Shown here: one piece after another, positions 30,045-38,249 of the stretch
Numbering within the stretch: position 1 is the stretch's first letter
How the letters are laid out: the number at the start of each line of letters is the position of its first letter
Source of the DNA: an uncultured Thiotrichaceae bacterium
Lineage (GTDB): Bacteria > Pseudomonadota > Gammaproteobacteria > SZUA-229
NCBI GenBank assembly: GCA_964600755.1
Contig: CAZRKQ010000039.1
Coordinates: 421 to 64,420, forward strand
Reading direction: 5' to 3'
Length of the DNA: 64,000 bases
The notes under the pieces: generated by a model
Databases searched by the model: none
Seen by the model: only the letters and a program-made list of their open reading frames with translations
What the model was told of the DNA's origin: nothing
Program-made: the position numbers and the translations under genes

Positions 30045-30103
30045 ATTGCGCTCCCATTGGCCGCCGGACGCGCTACCGTGCGCCGCTTATGTAAACGTTA
30101 TGC
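30045..30103 (+). mobile_element. attC-like site (weaker), after ORF B
   Basis: ...ggccgCCGGACGCGCTAccgtgcgccgcttatgtaAACGTTATGC shares the CCGGACGCGCTA block and aaCGTTAnG terminus with attC at 26127-26189; left inverse core not obvious. Confidence 0.3.
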
Positions 30104-30167
30104 ACTGTAAATGATGACTAGAGTATTGTGGGCCACATTAGGATAACTACCACTTACCATATGTGCT

Positions 30168-30536
30168 ATGTTATTCCTTACGGAATGGCGATTGTTGGGT
30201 GGTCAGTATCCAAAAGTGGGCTATGGTATTTTTATGCTTGGGGCCGTTGTTAGTGTCGTAAATATGTATACCTCGTATCTGCGATATCCTGTCCATCGAG
30301 TACTGGGTAAATCTCGAGACAGCTATAAGCATGTTTCAGGATTCCCGCTGATTGGTGGGTTAGTGCTAATCGGTGCTTGGCTTTTACCGCAAAGCCTTTG
30401 GTTAAGTTTAGTAACCGCATTGTTAATGTTACTAGATACAGGGGGGGTATTTAGTGGTTTGTTGCTAAGGTTTGGGCTGATCCTTTTTTTTGGAGGAAGG
30501 AAAATGAATAACAAGTCATTCGTGTGGGACGTCTAA
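30168..30536 (+). CDS. Hypothetical small membrane protein (putative cassette ORF C)
   Basis: 122 aa, 3-4 predicted TM segments. Confidence 0.4.
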   Translation: MLFLTEWRLLGGQYPKVGYGIFMLGAVVSVVNMYTSYLRYPVHRVLGKSRDSYKHVSGFPLIGGLVLIGAWLLPQSLWLSLVTALLMLLDTGGVFSGLLLRFGLILFFGGRKMNNKSFVWDV

Positions 30537-30579
30537 AGCGCTGCGCGCTTTATCCGCCTCCACAATTCTAACGTTAGCT
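30531..30579 (+). mobile_element. attC-like site (weaker), after ORF C
   Basis: gtctAAAGCGCtgcGCGCTTTatccgcctccacaattctAACGTTAGCTg: central palindrome plus aaCGTTAGCT terminus as in the other sites. Confidence 0.3.
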
Positions 30580-30603
30580 GTTCTAAACTGTAGTAATTAA
30601 AAT

Positions 30604-30984
30604 ATGGACGAAAAAATTACATTCACCAATCACGATGATTATTTACTTGTTGGCATCACAGACAAGGTCATAACTGTTCAGCGCGCCCAGGAAATACTGG
30701 CTCGAATCGGGGAGGAGTGCGCTAGCCTGAAATGTAAGAAAGTTCTTCTAGATGAAATGTCTGTTGAGAAGCGAGAGGTTCCTCCAAATGAAATTAAAAA
30801 ACTGGCATTTGATCTTAAAAAAAACAAACTGAATAAAGTCTATATGGCATTTTTATGCCAACCTCATCTTATCGGTTATGATTCACACTTACTAAGTTTA
30901 TACACTTATATGACTGAATTTATAATCCAGCATTTCACCAATAAAGATAAAGCAATTAGCTGGCTTAATAAAAAAGATAGCTAA
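30604..30984 (+). CDS. Hypothetical protein (putative cassette ORF D)
   Basis: 126 aa; AT-rich; no confident motif. Confidence 0.4.
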   Translation: MDEKITFTNHDDYLLVGITDKVITVQRAQEILARIGEECASLKCKKVLLDEMSVEKREVPPNEIKKLAFDLKKNKLNKVYMAFLCQPHLIGYDSHLLSLYTYMTEFIIQHFTNKDKAISWLNKKDS

Positions 30985-31130
30985 CTATACATTTCTATAT
31001 TTATCGAATTTATATTAATAGCGCTTATATTAATGAAAACAGGCCGTGGCCACCGTATATTCAGGATGGTTAGTCGGGTATTCCACAGCAGTGCATTACA
31101 CTCAGTTGAACCGTATAGATATATAGCTTT

Positions 31131-31595
31131 ATGAGGTACTTGTTAATATCTTTTTTATCGCTCTTTCTTTCAGCTTGCGGCAGTTCTTCCTCCGACGTTA
31201 GTTCTAATCCATTAGCTGGCACCTGGTTAAGTAATTGTTATGAGTTGACGGATGAGAATGGATTATTTATTGCATATAAAATCAATAACCTGGTGATTGC
31301 AGGCGGCGAATATACATCGAACACTTCCGATTTTACGGATGTTAACTGTACTAATCCTGCTGGCGGCGCAGGCACACAAAATTCCACGTATACGTTAGGT
31401 GGGCAGGTCACTGCTTCTGACGGTGTTCAGGCACAGTGCATAACACTAATATCAGAGTATCTATTTTATGGACAACCTGTAACGATTACATATGAAGCTA
31501 TATTTCGAATTACCGGTGTTGAGCTTAATTTCGGAGGCTTTGTTAGTGGCCAGACTCCTTCACTTGATTACAGTGTTACCTACATCAAGCAGTGA
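31131..31595 (+). CDS. Predicted lipoprotein (putative cassette ORF E)
   Basis: 154 aa; signal peptide with lipobox LSAC-GSSSS. Confidence 0.5.
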   Translation: MRYLLISFLSLFLSACGSSSSDVSSNPLAGTWLSNCYELTDENGLFIAYKINNLVIAGGEYTSNTSDFTDVNCTNPAGGAGTQNSTYTLGGQVTASDGVQAQCITLISEYLFYGQPVTITYEAIFRITGVELNFGGFVSGQTPSLDYSVTYIKQ

Positions 31596-31692
31596 TGAGT
31601 GCGGCATTATCCCATAGGGCTGTAAGCGTAGATTTGATCTGATTCAGCTCTAGCTGGTTAATTTAGACAGGCTTTGAGCTATACATATATTC

Positions 31693-32079
31693 ATGCAATT
31701 TAAAACATTACATGTATATTATCTGGCTACGCCAGTGTTTTTTATTTTTTATTACTATTTTGATCTAAACCTGAGGCTGTCAATTCCCGGTGGACAGGAA
31801 TATTGGATGTACCTGTATTATATTGTTTGTTTTTTAGCCGGCTTTATAGCTTTTAACAATGTTATTACGGGTGCGGTTTTTTCGCTTATTGAAAGTTCAA
31901 TCAATATATTGTTGCTGTTACTGAGTGTTATGATGCCAGTAGTCGATCTTGCTCAGCACCCGATGGAAAATATTCGGATGAGCTTTGGCGTTCCCGAAAT
32001 AATCCATTTTTTAATTGCAGGTTCTATTCTGTTGCTCAGTTTTTATTCCAATCCATTAATATCCAAATATGAGGCTTGA
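31693..32079 (+). CDS. Hypothetical membrane protein (putative cassette ORF F)
   Basis: 128 aa; 3-4 hydrophobic helices; AT-rich. Confidence 0.35.
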   Translation: MQFKTLHVYYLATPVFFIFYYYFDLNLRLSIPGGQEYWMYLYYIVCFLAGFIAFNNVITGAVFSLIESSINILLLLLSVMMPVVDLAQHPMENIRMSFGVPEIIHFLIAGSILLLSFYSNPLISKYEA

Positions 32080-32284
32080 TGTCATACCATAAGGACGTGA
32101 TGAAAATGACTTGCCATTCACTATGGCATGGCTGCGTCGTCATGATCAATACGAAGACTGATACCGTCGTTGCATAACTCTGGCTAAACTATCCGGGAAT
32201 ATCTGAGTGTGGTAGTCAGTTGTAATGCTGTTGTTTAATTGTTCTAATAGTCTTATCCCATTCAGCTCGAAAAGGAAACAGGCC

Positions 32285-35200
32285 ATGCGCATGAAATGGG
32301 TTCTGATCTCGCTGTCTGCAGTTGTCCTGCTACCGGTTCTGCTGCTTGCTATTGTCCTGGTTTTTCTCGATAGTGCAGATCTCAGCCAACACCGCGATGT
32401 TATTGCCGAACAGGTCAGCAAGATAATTGGGCGGCAGTTAAGCCTGAACGGCGAACTCGACCTCCAGCTATCCGCGAGTCCTTCCATCACGATTACCAAC
32501 ATCGCCCTGGCCAACGCGGCATGGGCCGAACAACCTGAAATGCTGTCTGTGCAGCGCATCGAGGCAGAGATCGAACTGCCGCCCTTGCTGGACGGTAATC
32601 TCCATATCCCCCGCTTCCATGTTGCGGGCGTAAAGGCCTCGCTGGAAACCAGTGCCGATGGTAAGGGCAACTGGGTGCTGGCTGAACCGGATGAGACTGT
32701 TATCGAGGAAGATGATGCCGCCGTGGCTGGCGAGTTTAAATTGCCCTGGCTGGGTGACGTCAATGTCTCCGATGTTGTGTTTGCCTATCACGACGGCCAA
32801 ACAGGGCAAAGCGTTACGGCAACACTCGACAATGCCAAAGTCAGTGCGGTTGACCCGCAATCACCGACTGAATTCGACATCGTCGGGCAGGTGAACAACA
32901 ACCCGGTCGAGATCAATGGCAAGCTGGCGCTGCCGTCCGTGCTGGCAACAGGCAGCCTGGACATTCCCGTTGAGCTGCACGCGCAGGTGCTGGATATAAC
33001 GGCTGATGCAAGCGGTAGCATAACCGGTTCCGCGGAGTCACCTGCAATTGACCTGGGTGTTAAGGCCAATGCGGCCAACCTGAAACAACTGCGGCAGGTA
33101 TTTGGTGATGTTGTACCAGAGGTGCAACCCGTCAAGCTGGATATGGAAGTTAAAGGTGACCAGGGACAGCCGGTGTCATTCAAGCTCAATGCCATCGCCG
33201 GTAAAGGCAAGCTGGATACACAGTTAATGTTGCAGCGAGACGAGCCCAGACCGAATTTAACCGGCAGCGTGGATATCAGCGATGTTGACGTCGCGCGTCT
33301 GTGGGCACCGCTTTTAGCCGGTAAGCCAGGCAAGGCGACGACAACGGAGGCACAAGCCTCACCAATGACAACATCACAGCGACTGGATCAACCGCTACCT
33401 CTTGCATGGCTGAACACGTTTGACGCCGATGTCGTGTTATCTGCTGACAACATCAACCTGCCGCAGGTGCGCATAAAAAGTCTACATAGCCGCCTCATTG
33501 TTGACGACCGCCGCCTGAACATAGAAGAGTTGAAGCTGAGTACCGATGCCGGATCAGTTACGGCAGGTCTGATACTGAATGCCCGCGGCAAGCAACCTGA
33601 TGTGCAGCTCGATCTCAACACAACAACTGTTGCATTGGCCAGGCTGCAACCGCTTGCGGAGAACAAGCGCCTGGCTCACAGCGATGCAAAAGCTTCAATC
33701 TCCCTGACTGCCCAAGGTGACACCGTGGCGGCGCTGATCGAGAGCCTGCAGGGGAACGTGCTGCTGGATTACAACGATCAGAAACGCAAGGAAAAACTTT
33801 CGCTAAAGCTGATGCGAAAACCGCAAGTTAAAGGTGGCCAGCAACAGCCGGTGTCATTAACGCTCAACGCCATCGCCGCTAAAGGCAAGCTGGATTCGCA
33901 GCTAACGTTGCGGCGAGACGGGCCCAGGCCAAATATAACCGGCAGCGTGGATATCAGCGATGTTGACGTCGCGCGCCTACAGGCTTCGCTTTCTGCAAGC
34001 GAGCCAGGCAAGGCGACAACAACAGAGGCACAAGCCTCACCAATGACAACATCACAGCGACTGGATCAACCGATACCTGTTGCCTGGCTGAACACGTTTG
34101 ACGCCAATATCGTGTTATCAGCTAACAACATCAACTTGCCGCAGGCGCGCATAAAAAGCCTGCATAGCCGGTTCATTGTTGACGACCGCAATTTGAAAAT
34201 AGATGAGACAAAGCTGAGTACCGATGCCGGATCAGTTATGGCGGGGCTGCTACTGAACACCCGGGGTAAGAAACCGGATATACACCTTGATCTCAATACG
34301 ACAACTGTTGCGCTGGCCAAACTGCAACCGCTTGCAGCGAACAAGCGCCTGGCTCACAGCAATGCTGAAGCTGCAATCTCCCTCACTGCACAAGGTGAGA
34401 GCGTTGCGGCGCTGATAAAGAGCCTGCAGGGGAGCGTGCAACTGGACTACAACGATCAGCAACGTAAAGAAAAACTTTCGATAAACCTGACGCGTAAACC
34501 GGAAGAGAAAGCTGCAGGTAAGGCCCGGCTTGTTGTGGCTGCCAGTGGAAGCATCGATGGGCAACCGATTGAACTTAGCGGTAATATTATTCCACCCGCC
34601 GGATTTTTACTGAGAAAAAAACCTTACGAAATCGATCTTGCTTTGCAAGCCTTTGGCGTGACTGGCAAGGTAACTGGCACGGCGGCCGACCCCTATGCAT
34701 TGAACGGAATCGATCTTGCTGTTGAAGCGCACGCTGCTGACCTGGCTGGACTGCAGAAGGCATTTGGCAAAAGCGTACCAACAGTCGGCAAAACAGACGT
34801 AAGTACGCGTCTAACAATGCAGCAGTCGAAGCTGAAGCTGTCTAAATTGCAGGTCGGGCTTGGCGGTGGCCGTATTGACGGCTGGCTTGGAGTGGATACT
34901 TCGGCATCTATACCTGATGTACAGGCAGAACTCACATTCACAGATCTCGACCTCGACAAGTTGCTGCCAGCAGAAGACAAGCCGGCCGAAGCTAAGCAGG
35001 CCGCGAAACCTGAAAATGAAAGAGTTTTTTCCGATGCGCCGCTGCCGTTTGAAAGCCTGTCACGAGCAAACATTTCGGCGACACTGCGGGCCAACAACCT
35101 GGTGCGTAATAACAAGCGGCTAAAACAGGCCGAAATCAAAGTTGATTTAATAAACGGTAAACTCACTGCCTCATTACTCAAGGCTGCTTCAGTCCATGGT

Positions 35201-36160
35201 GAGCTTGTCGGTGTTTTTACAGTAGACACCAGCGGTAAGGGAAAACCGGGTGTGACGATCAAGTTTAAAGCGCCTCATATAGAACTGGGTGAATTACTTA
35301 CGGCAAGTGGCAGCACGGCTGCAGTCGAGGGCCCGTTGGTGGCAGATATTTTCCTGCAGGGGCAGGGCAACAGTGTAGCGCAACTCATGGCAACACTGAA
35401 TGGAAATGTACATCTACTGATGGAGCACGGTAGTGCCGACGCCAAGGCGCTTGATTTGTTCGTCGGTGGGCTAAGCGCAATGTTCGGCACCATTTTCGTA
35501 GACCAGTCATCAAAAACCCGGATTAATTGCGCTATCTGTGACCTGAAGATCGATAACGGCATGCTTATACCTCAGCTTGCATTACTCGACACCCAGTACT
35601 CCACGGTGTTCGTCGAAGGACAGGTCGATTTGAAACAGGAACAACTTGATATCACGGTTTCGCCGGAGGCCAAGGGTGTGACCCTGAGCGTGGCAGTGCC
35701 AGTACGTCTGCAAGGCAAGCTAAGCAAGCCGGGTATTGAGATCGAGAAAACCGGCGCGTTGATAAAAACTGGCCAGCTCTGGGCAACCGTAGCTTACCCG
35801 CCTGCTGCACTGGTCAAGTTTACCGACCTGGGTGGTGGCAAGCAGAATCCCTGCGTTTCAATGGTTGCCGAAAAAAGTAGTATGCCCATCGTAGAAGACA
35901 TCGGCAAGGCTGTGGGAGGTGCTGTTAAAGGTGTCGGCGGTGTTGTTAAAGATGTCGGCTCCGGTACCGGTGATGTGGTTAAAGATGTCGGCTCTGATGT
36001 CGGCGGAGCGGTTAAAGATGTCGGCTCGGGTCTTGGTGGTGCTGTTAAGGGTGTTGGCTCAGGATTAGGCAAGATCTTTGGCAAGGGGAAAGAAGATGCT
36101 GAATCAACGACAGCCACGGAGAACGATGACGAGGATGAAGACTTGTTCGACATGGACTAG
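32285..36160 (+). CDS. AsmA-family outer-membrane biogenesis protein (enlarged by internal duplication)
   Basis: ORF 32225..36160; likely start MRMKWVLISLSAVVLLPVLL at 32285 (AGGAAA SD); N-terminal TM anchor plus AsmA-type domain; 226-aa internal direct repeat; Gly/Val/Lys/Asp-rich periodic tail. Confidence 0.7.
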   Translation: MRMKWVLISLSAVVLLPVLLLAIVLVFLDSADLSQHRDVIAEQVSKIIGRQLSLNGELDLQLSASPSITITNIALANAAWAEQPEMLSVQRIEAEIELPPLLDGNLHIPRFHVAGVKASLETSADGKGNWVLAEPDETVIEEDDAAVAGEFKLPWLGDVNVSDVVFAYHDGQTGQSVTATLDNAKVSAVDPQSPTEFDIVGQVNNNPVEINGKLALPSVLATGSLDIPVELHAQVLDITADASGSITGSAESPAIDLGVKANAANLKQLRQVFGDVVPEVQPVKLDMEVKGDQGQPVSFKLNAIAGKGKLDTQLMLQRDEPRPNLTGSVDISDVDVARLWAPLLAGKPGKATTTEAQASPMTTSQRLDQPLPLAWLNTFDADVVLSADNINLPQVRIKSLHSRLIVDDRRLNIEELKLSTDAGSVTAGLILNARGKQPDVQLDLNTTTVALARLQPLAENKRLAHSDAKASISLTAQGDTVAALIESLQGNVLLDYNDQKRKEKLSLKLMRKPQVKGGQQQPVSLTLNAIAAKGKLDSQLTLRRDGPRPNITGSVDISDVDVARLQASLSASEPGKATTTEAQASPMTTSQRLDQPIPVAWLNTFDANIVLSANNINLPQARIKSLHSRFIVDDRNLKIDETKLSTDAGSVMAGLLLNTRGKKPDIHLDLNTTTVALAKLQPLAANKRLAHSNAEAAISLTAQGESVAALIKSLQGSVQLDYNDQQRKEKLSINLTRKPEEKAAGKARLVVAASGSIDGQPIELSGNIIPPAGFLLRKKPYEIDLALQAFGVTGKVTGTAADPYALNGIDLAVEAHAADLAGLQKAFGKSVPTVGKTDVSTRLTMQQSKLKLSKLQVGLGGGRIDGWLGVDTSASIPDVQAELTFTDLDLDKLLPAEDKPAEAKQAAKPENERVFSDAPLPFESLSRANISATLRANNLVRNNKRLKQAEIKVDLINGKLTASLLKAASVHGELVGVFTVDTSGKGKPGVTIKFKAPHIELGELLTASGSTAAVEGPLVADIFLQGQGNSVAQLMATLNGNVHLLMEHGSADAKALDLFVGGLSAMFGTIFVDQSSKTRINCAICDLKIDNGMLIPQLALLDTQYSTVFVEGQVDLKQEQLDITVSPEAKGVTLSVAVPVRLQGKLSKPGIEIEKTGALIKTGQLWATVAYPPAALVKFTDLGGGKQNPCVSMVAEKSSMPIVEDIGKAVGGAVKGVGGVVKDVGSGTGDVVKDVGSDVGGAVKDVGSGLGGAVKGVGSGLGKIFGKGKEDAESTTATENDDEDEDLFDMD
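33167..34522 (+). repeat. Tandem duplication (2 x 678 bp) inside asmA-like gene
   Basis: Unit 1 (33167-33844) and unit 2 (33845-34522) encode QPVS(F/L)(K/T)LNAIA(G/A)KGKLD(T/S)QL...NDQ(K/Q)RKEKLS at ~85-90% identity. Confidence 0.8.
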
Positions 36161-36270
36161 AACAGATTTATTGTGCGAAATGACATACAAAGTGTCGGTT
36201 GATTATGTTCCAGTTGCAGTCGTCGCAGGTATTTAATGTTTTACAGCATTTGAAACATTGACAGGTTAAC

Positions 36271-36659
36271 TTGAGTTGTGAATCCCTAATGAAAAATTTA
36301 ATTGCTATCAGCCTTATCTGTTCATTTTGGTCAGGCATGCTTTTGGCTGAGGAAGGTAGCTCGGCTTACACAAAAAGTCCTATGATCGAACCGGGAAAAT
36401 CTTACGAAGCCTGCATGAAGTTATCACCGGGCGACAAGCTGTACTATGAATTTACTTCCAGCGCTGATCTGCGTTTAACATCCACTATCATGAAGGCGAA
36501 GAAATACTTTATCCTGTGCCGGTAAAACTTATATCCTCGGAAAAAGCGGTATTTGCACCAGAATCGCCAAATCATTATTGCCTGATGTGGAAAAACCCGG
36601 CTCAGGAGGTGGTTGAACTCAAGCTTCGGTATCGAAAGCAGAGCGGCAATGTTATGTGA
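36271..36659 (+). pseudogene. Small secreted protein gene apparently interrupted by a -1 frameshift near 36470-36512
   Basis: Frame 1 ORF (signal peptide MKNLIAISLICSFWSGMLLA...) stops at 36525; overlapping frame 3 stays open from 36468 to 36659 and reads protein-like (IHYHEGEEILYPVPVKLISSEKAVFAPESPNHYCLMWKNPAQEVVELKLRYRKQSGNVM). Confidence 0.3.
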
Positions 36660-37150
36660 AATTCGGTGTCGCTTCGGTATTATCGCTTTATGCCGATAAC
36701 ATCCCTCAAATCAGCCTGTTCCAGCATTTTTCTGCCAGTAATTCTTGGTTGAATTGTGTCTAAATGCTTGGATTATCAGCATATTTTGGCTATTCTATAT
36801 ATTACTGGCAGAATCAAATATACCAAATCAAATCTTCGCACAGCACACGGGCGAGCGGCGATATGCCTGCCCGGGTTACAGGCTGGTTAATCTGCTACGG
36901 CTGATGATTACATCATGACCGGGATAGTAAAGTGTGCTGGGTCAAATCAGTGGATCACAAGTGGCTGTTAATGATACTTGCGTGTTTTCCGCTTCAATTG
37001 CACTAAAAATTTTTTTTCGAGAATTATCTGCTACACGTTACGGCCATACCATGCTTCTGAGCGGGTCTGTTCCGTACGGCTGATTTAAGAATTTAATGTA
37101 CCTGGTCAATCAGCTACCTGGTTAATAAGATCTTTGAGGAAAACAGAATC

Positions 37151-38221
37151 ATGAAGATACGTTTCATCCATACAGCAAGAACCTATATTATTGCTCTTTG
37201 CGCCCTGTTCATCTGTTCAGGCAGTATGGTATACGCCGATAAACCGCAGGAACTGGTGATAATTACCTGGTCTGATTACATAGATCCTGAATTAATCGAG
37301 AAATTCGAAGCGCGTTATAACGCAAAGGTCAAGTTCTCCTATTTTGAGTCTGATGAATTGCGCGATGACTTGCTGGTTGATACCGAAGGTGAAGGTTATG
37401 ATGTAATCTTGACCAACGGCAGTTCTATAAAGTTATATGCGATGCGCGGCTGGCTTGCTCCCATCACCGAGCAGGACGTACCGCAGAAGAAATACATCGA
37501 TCCTCGCTGGGCCAGTGCATTCCCCTACGCAGAAGAATACGCAGTACCGTATTTCTGGGGCACCGTGGGCATCGCCTACCGCAAGGACCTGGTTGAGCAG
37601 GACATCAGCCGCTGGAAAGATCTGCTCGATCCCGCGCCGGAGCTGCAGGGCAACATAGTGATGGTCAAGGATATCCGTGACCTGATGTCGGTGGCGCTGA
37701 AGAGCCTGGGACAGTCCATTAACTCCACTGAGATAAAAATGCTGGAGCAGGCGGAGAACCTGTTGATCAAGCAGAAACCGCATGTAAAGGATTATTCCTA
37801 TGTCGCAGTAACCGAGGGCTCATCACTGGTCAAAGGTGATGCTTTAGCAGCGTTGGCCTACAGCGGTGATGCACTGATGCTGGCGGAATATGACGAGAAC
37901 ATTGCGTATGTTGTGCCGGAAGAGGGCACCAATATCTGGATCGACTACCTGGTGGTGAGCAAGGCATCAAAAAGGCAAAAGCTGGCCATGGACTTTATCA
38001 ACTTTATTAATGAGGCGGAAAATGCAGCGCAGCTGGCCGAGTACGTGTACTACGCTTCACCCAACCTGGCGGCGGTAGAACACTTGCCAGAAGATTTTCT
38101 GAACGACCCGGTTATCTATCCCAGTCAGGCAGTAATCGACAACTCAGAGTTTTATCTTGAGCTGCCGCCACGTATCCGGAAACGCTATAACAGTATCCAG
38201 CCTCTGATTATCGGCCAGTAA
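37151..38221 (+). CDS. Periplasmic PotD/PotF-family polyamine-binding protein, NspS-like sensor partner
   Basis: 356 aa; signal peptide; PotD-family solute-binding fold; sits directly upstream of a periplasmic-domain GGDEF-EAL protein as in the V. cholerae nspS-mbaA pair. Confidence 0.7.
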   Translation: MKIRFIHTARTYIIALCALFICSGSMVYADKPQELVIITWSDYIDPELIEKFEARYNAKVKFSYFESDELRDDLLVDTEGEGYDVILTNGSSIKLYAMRGWLAPITEQDVPQKKYIDPRWASAFPYAEEYAVPYFWGTVGIAYRKDLVEQDISRWKDLLDPAPELQGNIVMVKDIRDLMSVALKSLGQSINSTEIKMLEQAENLLIKQKPHVKDYSYVAVTEGSSLVKGDALAALAYSGDALMLAEYDENIAYVVPEEGTNIWIDYLVVSKASKRQKLAMDFINFINEAENAAQLAEYVYYASPNLAAVEHLPEDFLNDPVIYPSQAVIDNSEFYLELPPRIRKRYNSIQPLIIGQ

Positions 38222-38249
38222 GGCATAGCGGTCCGAGCGACGGTCAGCA

